NCBI RefSeq assembly: GCF_902652985.1
Contig: NC_047020.1
Coordinates: 15,624,001 to 15,688,000 of the forward strand
Source of the DNA: Pecten maximus
Lineage: Eukaryota
DNA: 64,000 bases
Direction: 5' to 3'
Part shown: in pieces, positions 48,185 through 60,740 of the stretch
How the letters are laid out: the number at the start of each line of letters is the position of its first letter
How positions within the stretch are numbered: position 1 is the stretch's first letter
Notes under the pieces: model-generated
Seen by the model: the letters and a program-made list of their open reading frames with translations, nothing else
Told to the model about the DNA's origin: nothing
The model's database searches: none
Translations under genes and position numbers: made by a program

Positions 48185-51100
48185 TCATCCAAATATTTTA
48201 CGTTTCATTTTTGATAAGAATGATTCATTCTCTTCACTGTCAGACACATATTCCCCTGATGCTTCTTCCTCAGCATCAGTCTTTTTATCAGCCCCTAAAA
48301 CGAAAAATTATCGATTCAGGAAATCTGATTTAAAGATTCAACGTCATACTGTTTCTCATAGACCATAATCAACATTAATCAAGCAAGGGAATTTACAATA
48401 TCCATGACTGCGGCACTTCATTTTCAACTGCTAAAGCTGTTAAGTTAATTTCTATCGTGTTAGAAAGATTTTTTGCATGAGCTGTAATCCAATGGAATTC
48501 TACACCTGCAAAATATCAAATCATGTTTGAAGATGTAGGCACCTGTAATCAACTTACCTATATCAGTATCGACCAGCCCGTTAATAGTGCCACTCACTCC
48601 TTTTTCTGTTTCAGCAAAAGCCAAAATTATAGCTTTCTGTGTATCTGTTAATGATCTGCAAAGAAACAAGGATAACCATCATATTAGACAACACTTTTTC
48701 AGTTAAACTGTTAAATTAATTAGAAGTTTTTCTTCTTTAAGAAATGTCAGTAATTTACATTTGTTTGAAATTACCAAAACTGTACATCTAGAAAGTGTCA
48801 GTAATCAGCCATCTTGTTTCTAGTTGAATAGTGTTAATGAAGAGAACAATGCAAAGTATTTTAAACAATATTTGGTATCAAGACACTTCAAGCAAATCTA
48901 TAAATTGTTAAAAATAATTAAGACTATCAGCATGGAGTCCATGATCCTGAACACACCCCAGACTTTAGATGACTTACTTGGGTACTTGTATTTTTAAATG
49001 GATGTAGTGGTCACCCCGTCCATGGCTATTGACACGGGCCGCACCTTTCCCAGTCATCCTGATCCTACTGTGGGAATGGCTCCCCGCGGGAATCTGAATG
49101 GAACAATAGCAAAATATGTCGATCACATTCAGCTTACAAACCGCAAAGCGTGACAAAATGTCCATTAATTCAACAAAATATGCTTATCCTGTTCCATAAG
49201 TTTATGAAGAAAAGACTTTGTAAATTGTATAACAATCTCATTAATGTAGTTTAAAAGTTTATTTTCATTTAAAGTCACTGATGTGGATTCGGAAAAAATC
49301 TCTTTGGTGTTCATATTGAAATAATTTGAAGACTTGAGTACATTTGACAACTGACTTCAAAATGGATTTAGGTTTCATTTGAACAAACATGATCAGGAAT
49401 CTTGAATGTAATAATAAAAAAAAATATGTTCAAAAGAAGAAATTCAATGATTTCAAACTATTTGACCTTGTGACCTTAAAATGAGTCCATGCCATTTCAA
49501 AAAACTTCATTCATTTAGAAAGAGGTTTTTTTTTAAAAAAAGATCTACATTTATTTGAACCCTTAGATTTCGGAAGTAGGTTAAAAGTAATTCATTTGAA
49601 CAAATTTGGTAGTCCTTTATCCTAGCATACTACTTGCCCAATAGCATGACCCTGGCCTCTTGGTTATTGCCAAGAAGTCATTTAAAGTTTGAGCACATGT
49701 GACTCCTGTGATGTGTCATATGACCTTTTAAAGGCCATTATCTGTAATAAAGACATGAAGCTGCAGACAAATCCTAAGTGACATCCGAAGTGCTAACCTA
49801 CCTTTAAAAGTATATCTTCGTATACACCAGGGATCTTCAATGTACCTCCCAACACAGCTTGGGAAATACATATATTGACATCACTATGAATATCTGCTCC
49901 CTCACGCCGGAAATCTCGACTTCTTGAAACCTGCAATACAAAATATTTTGTAAAACACTACCTGGTAAAAAGTTCTACTGTAGTCTTCGTATAAGAGCAA
50001 CAAGGGCAATTACAAAATTCTTTAGCAGCCCAAGTTTGCAATCTTTTGCAAATCAAAAACATACAGGGCTCAAAGTGGATACTTTTACCAGGTGGCCTAT
50101 TTGGCTACAAAGTCATACAAGAGGCCCATGGGCCTTAACGGTCACCCGAGATATGAAATATTTCAGTAAATATAATTGACCCTTTTTGGCCCTACCCATC
50201 AGTATAAAGGGGTCAGTCAGGGCCAACATGCACAAACCATCAAACTGTCATCCCATGCTGATAACGTTAACCAAATTAGAATTAATTGCAACACAAATTC
50301 AACAAATCATAGTCTAAAATGTGATTTCCCTACATAAACTATAGTAAAGTTTACCCCCTCCCCAGGGGCAAACGTGTGACCCAAGGGTCATGAAATTCAC
50401 AATTTTGGTAAAGCACCTTAAGACCCTTCCATCTATGAAGAGTGTTTGATTCCACCCTATCTCAGAGTAGAGAAGAAGATTTTTGAAGTTTTAGTCAATT
50501 TGACCCTTTTTGGCCCCGCCCCTCAGGCCCCTGGGGGGTGGGGACCATATAATTCCCGATTTTAGTTGACCTTTCGCCATAGAAGCTCCCTGCCAAATTT
50601 CATTGAATTTGGGTCAGCGGTTTTGGAGAAGAAGTTGAAAATGTAAATTGTTTACGGATGCACGACGAACGACGATGGACAAAAGGCGATTAGAATATAG
50701 GTCACTTGAGACTTCGTCTCAGGTGACCTAAAAATCTAGGTACCAATTGGAAAAGTTAGTTGCCAGCCAAGTTATCTTACTTCTTTAGTACAGTATAAAA
50801 TCTCTCTGTAATTTTTTTCCATTGTGAACGTCACTTTAGCATTGACTGCAACCTTTTAGAGATTAACAAAATCCAATACACAAAAATAGGCGCCACTTTG
50901 AGCCCCAACATATTGTTTTTTTCTCGGTTTGATTTAAGTGCGATTCTTTTCATCGAGTGATGAATGATTCTACAGGCCAATGCTTTTTGGAAAATCTGTT
51001 TATTTTTCACAAATATATTAAACTGAAAACAGTATGTTCAAGTCTGGAAGATCATACAGCCCGAGATTAACACAGGTTCATTAGCATACTGATAACTCCT

Positions 51101-54100
51101 AAGAGTTTAATGCAGAATTGTTATCCAGCAAGATGGTACCCGTTTGCATAGCCAGGTATTTATAATAATGTGTCTTATACAAGGTCAACATAAACCAACT
51201 ACTGTTGACATGACTCACACCGACATCCTTCATGTGATTTAGGCCTATACATTACCAATTGTTCTTAACAGTGATTCTTAATCAAAAGTAAAAACATATA
51301 TCCACCTACTTTAAAAGTTATAAACACCTCTTGTTGCCCAACAGGCATTCTCACAGTCTGACCATTTTCTACACCTGTAAAAATTCAAATTATCATTTCC
51401 AAAAACTGATGATTAAGTCTCTGTCATCATGCAAAACTGATTTAAATGACCAATAATGATTTAAATTAATTATTTTGCAATGTGACATGAACTGTCCATA
51501 ACACATTAAGAACAATTTATTTTTGTCAATAGGGTCGTGATGAAGTAACCATGGGTCTCCATACCTATACCAAATATCCTCAAAAAGATCAACTCACTTC
51601 TTTTTTAACAACTCTGCATTTTGTTCTGGGTAACAATCAATTGTATGTCAACTCATAATTTGTAATAGAGAGGAAACTTAACTATGAGTAGAAGTGATTT
51701 ATAATGGGAGTTTTTAAGTCAGCTGGATTAATATATATATATATATATATATATTATATTCATTTGGCAAATAAAATCCATCAGAAAGAGAGATAAGAAT
51801 TATTATTAAATCAGTAAAAAGCAACCATGGAGTCTTTAATTACCTGCAGGAACTGGCACAATTACTTTCTTACGAAGGATAATTTTTCCTTTGCCTTGAC
51901 AATCAAAACATGGTTTGCTGATAATTGTGCGTTTGCCCATACAGCGCCGACATGTTGATCTCATTATAAAGGGACCTGTGTTGATAGTCTCCTGTAACAC
52001 AAATACAATGTCGTCAGTATACATGATTAGCTCAAACATAAACAGGAGTTCTTCAGAATTATCTGTCTCACTTTGACTACTTAAAATGTATAGATAATAA
52101 CACATAACAAAACAGCCTACTGAGACCTTGGTGTCAAAAAATAGCAATAACAAAGTTGAAGTGCTAAAATTCCAGATGGCCACATCTCGGCCATTCCATT
52201 TTTATGATGTCTTCAAATTTAACATGCACAACTTGGCACCAAAGGAACCAACATATAAAAGTCAAGAAAAAGATCACCAGTATTTGCATAGAGACAGTGA
52301 TAACAACTCAGCTGTCAAACTTTAATATGGAAGTTTAACCTATCAGTCCTATTGGCTCACTTCTGTTTCTTTGGCCGCAGCAAGAGGAAAATGGGGTCAT
52401 TTTTATGTTGGTTTTGATGAAGAGCTTTCAAAGGAAATAATCCACCCATAAAGTCTGAATTCTTGAGTTCAGACTAGATTAATTTTTGAATTCTTGAGTT
52501 CAGACTAGATTAATTTTTGAATTCTTGTGTTTAGACTAGGTTAATTTTTTAATTCTTGTGTTCAGACTAGATTAATTTTTGAATTCTTGAGTTCAGACTA
52601 GATTAATTTTTGAATTCTTGTGTTTAGACTAGGTTAATTTTTTAATTCTTGTGTTTAGACTAGATTAATTTTTGAATTCTTGTGTTCAGACTAGATTAAT
52701 TTTTGAATTCTTGTGTTCAGACTAGATTAATTTTTGAATTCTTGTGTTTAGACTAGATTAATTTTTGAATTCTTGTGTTCAAGCTAAATTAATTTTTTGA
52801 AACATCATATTTTGGAAGAATTTTTCAGACCAGATTAAATTTTAAAAGAATTTTTCTAAATAATGAGTCCATAATATGGAAAACCATAGTGTACTTGCTT
52901 TATAAGACTCTCTGGATTTTCATTTTATGCCTCAAGGCAAACAATAATTCTTTTTAATCCTGGATCAATGGAGGTAATTTGGGGATAAAAATGCTGGTTT
53001 TGATAGATAAGGGACAATTAGTATCAAACGATGCATTACCATTCCAGTGCCATTACACTGGGGACAGGTGTCGACACTGGAACCAGGTTCTGCCTTGCGG
53101 CCATTACACCTCGGGCAAGTGTCTGTGACGTTCAAGTGGATCTGTTTATTACAGCCCCGTACAGCCTCTAGGAATGTTAGGTCCATCATGACCTGCAAAA
53201 ATCAAATTACACAGTTTACAAATATCATTACATAAATGAATACTTAAAACTTTTTCATCTGTTTAACATAAATGTGAAATTAATTTATATAAAATGATAT
53301 TAATTGCCCTCACTGGTTTGGATAGAAGCATGCGATATGTCATAATGTTGAAGGAAACCAGATCATCCAAAGTAACTTCCATTATCAGGCAGGTGGCCCA
53401 ATATCTTTCAATGTAAGATCAGGGAATTTACCCTGGCTACCTAGGTGAAATGCAAGTGATTTTTATCATATGACTGAAACATAAACCATTTCAAGTTTTA
53501 AACAGCATATTAGTTACTAAGTCATTGCATCACCTTGCTTGAGTAAACAAATTTTAAACACAAAGTATACAAATTCACAAACCTCTGATGCAGGTGCGAA
53601 TCCATATTTTGATTCTTCATAATCAGTACTTCCACCAAAACCTTTTCCAAAAATGTCTCCAAATATATTACGAAAAAGTTCTTCTGGATCAGAAGCTGAA
53701 AAACCTGAAAAATAGTTAATTTACCAAGTTATTTCATAAACCTGTAATACTCAATATCTTGATATATTCTTAGAATACTGTAATGAATTCCAGGTATTAA
53801 ATTGCATATACCTCTATCTTGGGGGAAAAATTCATATTCCATATATTTATTTTCTTTTAGCTGAAATGTTCCAAGTTAGGTGAAAATGCCTGTGGAAAAT
53901 ACAATAGAGATTAAGAGGAAATTTTAATCACTAAAACGTGTTAATATTGACGAGTGCAAAGGCAAATGAGCCTAAAGTGTAATTTGATTATAAAGCACCC
54001 AGTACTAGTGCAGTAATACTGTATCATGTCCGTGCTATCTTGGGATCATTTGTAGTAGGTTTGACCTAAAATAATTGATAGAAAAAGAAGTCTAAAGTGT

Positions 54101-57100
54101 GTGTCCATTATGAACACTGATTGTGTAATCCTGTCAATGTTATGAAATGTCAGCTACAGCATCTGCGTTGGAATCTGGATCAGTTTGAACACACTTGATG
54201 ATCTCGGGTTCATTCCAGGCAAGTTTCAACTAATTTGATTTTCATCTAGTTCTACCTGAATGATTTAGACCCATCTATATAGGTGGAACCGGAGGAGTTT
54301 TCAAAATGTGATTTTCAAAATGGTAGCCATAGTGGCCATCTTGGATTTCAAATTGACCCAGAAATAAGGAACACATGGTCACAATCATCTCATGATCATT
54401 CCTAGCAAGTTTTAGCTAAAATCTACCAGTAGAACTTGGGAAGTTGAAAATGAGTTTTACAAAATGGCGACCATATTAAATGGCCATCGTGGTTTTTAAA
54501 ACAACCAAACAAATATTTATAGTTCCTAAGGACTATCCAAGGATCATTCAAATTCTTGGCAATTAATATATTCTCACTACTGTAACTACAGAAATTCAAA
54601 ATATATTTCACATAACTCTTTGTTACGTGCATTTCCTTAACATCCCAAAATTACCAATGGAATTGGAGAAATTGAAAATGTGCTTTTCAAAACAACTTCC
54701 ATCTTGAATATTGAACCAACCCATAAAATAAATATGTAGAACCTTTTGTCCACATAATTTACTGATTTATACAATAATAGAGGTTATGAATAATTTAGTG
54801 TTTCCTGGCCCTGGTATGGACTAAAATAAAAAGAAATATATATAAAAAAAAAGGAAAAAAAAGACAATAATCCTTCAAGCCTTACCTTGGAAACCACCAT
54901 GTTGTCCTTGTCCAAACCCTGCTCCCGGATGTCCTCCACCTGCCCCACTCGTCGTTCCAAATGTATCATACTGCCTCTTCTTGCTATCGTCACTTAAAAC
55001 CTGTTTTTACATATCAAACAGATACTTGTTAACTTATATGAAACCTCTATCTCACAGTTACTAGCATTTTTTGAAGACTCCATACAGAAACAGTCTGACA
55101 TTCATTCATAACTACAGACAATATTACATTGATGACAGTGTGAAACTCTGTGTTGATAACAGCATCTGTGAAATATTACATTACATTAATGACAATGTGA
55201 AAGTTAGTGTTAACAACAGTATCTTAAATATTACATTACAATAAATATTATAATGGCAGTGTGAAATGTTGACAATGATATCAGATAGTGTGAAACTGTG
55301 CTGACAACAGCATCAGTTAAATATTTTAAGTACCGATGAATGAAAAACTATGTGGAAATAAATGTTTGATGTTCATTCACTAATTCATTTCCTTTTAAAC
55401 TGAATTATTGGGGTTTTTTTTGTATGGCCAATATATTTTGATAGATGGAAAAAAGTGGGTCCAATAATGGTCATTTATTTTCATTCTGCAGGACTGAGTG
55501 GGGAATAATATCCATTTACCTCGTATGCTTCAGAAACTTCCTGGAATTTGGCTGCAGCATTGTTATCATTTTTGTTCACATCAGGATGATATTTTTTGGC
55601 AAGCTAAAACAGGTAAAATCATCTTTGAAAATTTCTATTTGTAGTTGTGCTGAACATATAAACATCAATGTCAAATCCCATTTGTTTACTTTAATTTGCA
55701 AACAAAGTTTCACTTACATTTTGTTTCCATGTGTAACAATAATCATCAAAACCTGAGTCCCCACATTCATTTTGTTTGTATTCTCTTCATTGTAGGAATT
55801 ATAAAACATTGAATTTGGTATAATTTGCCAAAGAAATGACCTATTTCTATTTCAAAAAAGAAATCAAATTTTAACCGATATATGCTCTTTCACTAAAAAA
55901 AAACAGTCTTATATCTGGCAGCCCTAATCCCCATGTTTATTTGCGATTAAATATATAGTACAGAGTTTTAAGTGAAAAGTTGTACCCAATTTAAATTGAA
56001 GAAAAACAATAACAGTCACTTACCTCATAATAAGCCTTCTTAATTTGTTTTGTGTCAGCATTTTTTGGCACACCTAGTACATCATAGAAATTCCTCTTTG
56101 ATAACCGTGTACTGGTGTGGAAGGGTCGAACAGATGCATATCCAATGGCTGGAATAAAAAATGCAAGAAAATGAAAATGAGGAAATGAACATTTCAATCA
56201 CACTTAACTTTTGGTTTTGTATGCCCCAGAAGTCACCGATATCATATTTTATTAAACCATGTGTTGCCATTATATTGTACAGTGTATATAGGGTGCCAAT
56301 ATCTAAATCACCATTTTAGTGTTTGAAGGCAAGATTATCATCATTAAAATCATGATGTTTTATATGTGCCGGTTGGTCTGTGATAAATGATATGCATATT
56401 AAATGCAAAAAAAAACAACTGAAAACTTAAATCAAATGATAAAACTGCATATATGTATGACTTCAGGTGAGAATAATTATATATAATTTAACGGTTATGC
56501 AATCAAGAACTGATTTTCAACACAAGCTATTGCTTTCATTGAAAGATATTGTATCATTATGGCTGTTCGATTGAGGGATATTGGTAGTCATCTGTTATGT
56601 GTTGTTTAAATACCAGCATTACAAGCTTTTTGGTGTTAGAGATGAATGACATGGTTAGGCAATGAACAGTTACCGGTAGTTGGGAGTGCCAGACAGACTG
56701 CCAGGAGTGTCAAATGGTAATAACAATGATAATACTGGACACAGGCAAATGCCTATATATTTAGATCAAATGTTTTCCGACAGTGGATAAGTTCCTCATT
56801 GTCTTTTTCATGGTTGAAAAAACCTTCTAGTTGTCCCCAGTACTTATCAAGCCAGACGTCAAATGTTTTCAGTGTCAGTGATGTGACATCACTTGGCAGA
56901 GGGTTCCAATGGTTGACCACCCTTTCTTTAAATGTGTACATGTATCATGTCCCCCCCCCCCCCTGTAACCTTCTGTGCTTCAGCATTAATAACATAATTA
57001 ATTAGTTATAAACTGTTCTCATACCTTAATTCTTTTAATCCTGCATGCGCATGCAGGTATCTGTTTTGTTGCTCTGCTTTTTACATTTTCAATTATGTTA

Positions 57101-60100
57101 ATATCCATTTGAGTAAACAGATTCCATATGCTTGCTCCATATTTCAGGTATGGACTAAGTGCTTTATACAAATAAAAGTATACATGTATACAAGTAGCTC
57201 AAAGTATTTTCATCTAAATACGTGTAAATATATGCTCTTCTAATTTTTTGCTTTATTGACCGATTCATATATATGGTCCGTAAAAGTTTGCTGTCTGTGA
57301 TTATTCCCATGCAAATCCCTCTATTTGTTAAGTTTTTCCAATTCAACTTTTTTTCTCATCCTTGAACATATAAAGCTGTAGGGTATCTGTTGACCTATTG
57401 TTTTCTAATGTTAGAACTTTACATTGAAACTGCAAAGGGCTATAACTCTGCAAGTTACATCAACTCGGTCCCATGGCATTGTCAAACTCATCAGAGATCT
57501 AAATGATAGAAGGCTGCATACCATTAACTAAATTGTCTTGGCCAAACTAGTCCCTTTTGGTATAGTGTTACATATAAATATAAAAAAGGCCTGAAATGTT
57601 TTCATTAGAGCTGTGTATCAATAGGTGGGTAGCGATACGATTCGTAGCACGATACAGGGGTCAGGATACAATACGTATCACGATATATGAGTAGCTGATG
57701 ACCTATCAGATATCTGGTATTCCAGTGTACAGTAGTCATGTTTTGTTTGTGGTATTTCGGAATATTAAAGAGTCTTTGTTGACATTTGTTTAAAAAACAT
57801 AAATTGTAGTCAATAGAGAACAAATCAGTTATAAAAATTTCTGACACAAAAAGATAGATATTGACAGAAATTGACAGTTCTTGTGTAAATACAGTGTCAC
57901 ACTAGTTATTGGCCCATGTTAAAAAGAAGACAACCGTTTTTGCTTACAAACTTATAGGAGCTTTCCAGTATGTGTTTTTTTTTCAAATCATCCTGCATTT
58001 GAGTAAATTATTACTCGTACATAGTATAGTAACTGTTATTCAAATAGTTACTATACTATGTGCAAGTAACTTTTATTCAAATTTGCCCTGCAGGTAGGGC
58101 ATAAGAATTGTACCTGCTGCCCCCCATTGCATGATCGTAAGAGGCGACTAAATTTGGGATCTTATCTTTTAACAACTTTCTTCTTCCTAATGTCTCCCTT
58201 GACAATGCCTCACTTTTGGCCTTTAGTTGAGCGTTCGCCCCTGTGAGGAAGGCTTTGAGTTCTGTCCCCTAGCCGAGACATACCAGAGTCTTTAAAAATG
58301 GTAGTTGCTACTCCTGCTTAGTGCTCAGCATATTTGGAGTGGGACGACTGGTTCGCCCGTTGTCAGTATAATGTGACCGGGTGGGGTGTGCTGCTGGGTG
58401 TCTTTGGCAGTATGCTTCAGTTAGGTAGCGCTATAAATCGGCAAAAGTTCCGGCCTATCACAAGGAGACTTAACAAAAACATACCGCAGCCTTCCAAAAC
58501 ACACATACGCACTCACCACACGCATGCATGACGCACGCACGGGAGGCCGTCCTTAAATGACCTTAGCTGTTAATAGGACGTTAAACAAAATAAACCAAAG
58601 TTATTCAAATGCAGGACTTGTTGATATTGTTTTGACCAATTTATTATCAATATTCAATATCATGATTCATCATATGTGATAGCCCAGATGACTTGCGGTT
58701 TGACCAGACTAACATGCACATTTTAACGGAATGGTCAACTGACAACGAAATCTACCATTTCAGATGTTTGGAAACGTTATGTAACCCGTGGAACAGTTGT
58801 TAATAACCCTCGATGCGGAAGGACGCCATTTCTGGACGAACGTGAGAAGCGTCGCGTTATTCTTTGTGTCCGGAAAAACAGAAGAAATTCTTTAGCCGAA
58901 ATAACCAGCAAAGTAAATAATTCTAGGACCATTGTAAATGATGCTCCGGTTAGTTCCAAAACTATTGACAGGTTTTTAAAGTCTGAGGGCTACGCTAGAC
59001 GAATTACAAAGAAAACTATGGTCGTTCGAGAGGTTAACCTGAGGAAAAGAGTATCTTTTTGTTACGAAAAAAGAAATTTGACAGTGGATAATTATTGGAA
59101 AGGTGTTATATTTTCCGATGAGAGCCAGATTGTTGTTGGTAATGACAACAGGATTTTTGTATGGCGAAAAAAGGACGAGGGGTACCGCCCGGATTGTGTC
59201 TGTCCCAGGTCACAAAGGAAACTTTCGGTGATGATTTGGGGGTGCATTACTTACAATGGAGTTGGAACCATATGTTGTGTTGACGGTACTATTAATGCTG
59301 TAAAATATATCCAAATTTTAGAAGATAATCTCTGGCCGGTAATTGCCAGACACTTTGCAAATGACAGGTATGTGTTTCAACAAGACAATGCCCCCGTTCA
59401 CAAGGCCCGTGTGGTGTCGGAATATTTTGAAAACAACAATATTTCAACATTAGAATGGCCTCCACAGAGCCCAGATTTAAATATAATTGAAAATGTGTGG
59501 CTGAAGATTAAAATAAAACTTAAATCGATGGTACACAACATCAACAATAAAAACCAACTGTACGAGGCTATCACGGATGTGTGGCGATCGTTGGAAACGG
59601 AATACATCCAGAGTTTATATAACACAATCCCAGACCGTCTGAAGGAAGTCAGGAAAGCAAAGGGCAATATTACCAAATATTAAGTAAGTAAAACAAACAG
59701 GTTTTTCAGATATGGCGGTTTTAATTTAGGCAACACTATACCGCACGTTATAACGCAACGTCATTTTGTCTGAATACTTCTGTCCGGTCTCTGTAGCTAC
59801 ATGTTGCGGGAAATAGTTAACACTTTTGAAAAGTGTCAAATACTTTCACGCTACACCAGAGAAGTTCATCCAACAAGTAGATATGAAAATTTACCTACTG
59901 ATGGGCAATTTCGCCGTTCAGCAGGCTATCTGTGTATATCAAACTAGCCCTGAGTGATTTATCTAGGCCTACAATGTCAGCCTTACATTCTATTTGACCA
60001 GAGGGAGGGAACATGGGAAACTGAACCTTGAGACTGGATGACTGCAATTGACAAGGTACTGGTAGACATTCACTTGGCTTTAGATCATATGTGTGGAGAA

Positions 60101-60409
60101 GGTATCGGGTTCAAATTCCGATATTTTCTCGTTATCATTACAGTACATTTTATATAACAAATGCATGAATGGCTGGCTGTCAAAGGAACACGTGTTTCAA
60201 GGACATCGCCGGTTGTTCGTGACGCAATCAAGTATTTTACCATCAACGCAGTTACGATGAGCTGGACATGTCGTCAGCATCAAAATCTGGTGTCTTTTAG
60301 CAGAGGAAACATCACTACTGTAGTTTTTCTGTGGATTATAAGATGTTAAAACGCTCTGTTTACAGCTCCTCTGCGTCACTCCGCTGCATGCTCGCCTAAT
60401 CGCGGCCAT
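48185..60409 (-). CDS. DNAJA3: DnaJ homolog subfamily A member 3 (Tid1), mitochondrial, ~477 aa (proximal last exon isoform)
   Basis: Exons 60409-60241 (least certain; basic presequence-like MAAIRRAC..), 56148-56024, 55603-55520 (KYHPD), 55000-54886 and 53704-53583 (G/F-rich, DPEELFRNIFG), 53192-53040, 51991-51844 (four CxxCxGxx motifs across these two), 51374-51310, 49930-49802, 49093-48978, 48655-48558, 48294-48185 (..ESFLSKMKRKIFG*). Total 1434 nt, in frame. Confidence 0.93.
50117..50730 (-). mobile_element. Shorter inverted copy of the 33429 HINE-like family
   Basis: ACAAGAGGCCCATGGGCCTTAACGGTCACC at left and AGGTCACTTGAGACTTCGTCTCAGGTGACCT at right. Confidence 0.8.
52458..52797. repeat. 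31-bp minisatellite (GAATTCTTGTGTTCAGACTAGATTAATTTTT) x~11
   Basis: Tandem units visible directly. Confidence 0.95.
56760..57400 (-). pseudogene. Decayed CR1/L2-type LINE ORF2 3' fragment
   Basis: Minus-strand peptides FKERVVNHWNPLPSDV..FDVWLDKYW and GIITDSKL..IRRAY..TYLDENTL..LY, interrupted by frameshifts; typical of the CR1 ORF2 C-terminal region. Confidence 0.65.
58084..58598 (+). mobile_element. Composite SINE (Nin/Deu-like block + degenerate tRNA head + Meta-like core + shared tail)
   Basis: GCATGATCGTAAGAGGCGACTAA block, AAAAATGGTAGTTGCTACTCCTGCTTAGTGCTCAGCA core, and a tail GTCCTTAAATGACCTTAGCTGTTAATAGGACGTTAAAC nearly identical to the 15521 SINE. Domain names are from recollection of SINE superfamilies. 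Confidence 0.65.
58727..59683 (+). mobile_element. Tc1-family DD34E transposase, 5'-truncated, antisense within DNAJA3 intron 1
   Basis: Stop-free frame 58727-59683 (first ATG at 59018). HTH remnant KSTISDVWKRY..GTVVNNPRCGRTP, WKGVIFSDES, VMIWGCI, FQQDNAPVH-34 aa-SPDLNIIENVW, C-terminal GNITKY. Confidence 0.93.
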
Positions 60410-60740
60410 TTTCTTTTCTAGAAGGCACTTAGGGGATATAATCCAATTTCCGAAAACAATAATCACACGTCAAAACTCTTCAATTACATGACTCTTATAT
60501 GGGAGAAATACATTTCTTTGTGTTCATCAGGAAAGGTTTTATCATTTTCTTGCAAGAAATAATCTTTGACCAGATAATACAATTTTCGAAAATGACATTA
60601 TGCCACATTTATATTACAGGCAAATCTCGCGTTATTTCGTTAACCGGAAACTTCAAAATCATCTGCTGGAAGTCATCTGCCACTTCCTAGTTTCCGTTCC
60701 AATCAAGATCTCTGAAGCACATTCTTGCAGCAGGTATAAC
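60410..60740. promoter_or_regulatory. Putative bidirectional promoter DNAJA3 / CORO7 with candidate non-coding CORO7 first exon
   Basis: Immediately upstream of the DNAJA3 ATG. ETS-like ACCGGAAAC and CACTTCCT; candidate donor CAG|GTATAA at 60734. The CORO7 ATG exon is preceded by a splice acceptor, so an upstream exon is expected. Confidence 0.5.

Noticed and set aside
60080-60240. Continuation of the DNAJA3 exon-1 frame through a TGA (possible selenocysteine or readthrough)
   Set aside because: A phase-compatible donor at 60241 precedes the stop. No SECIS or homology is evident, and the frame closes again after ~38 codons.
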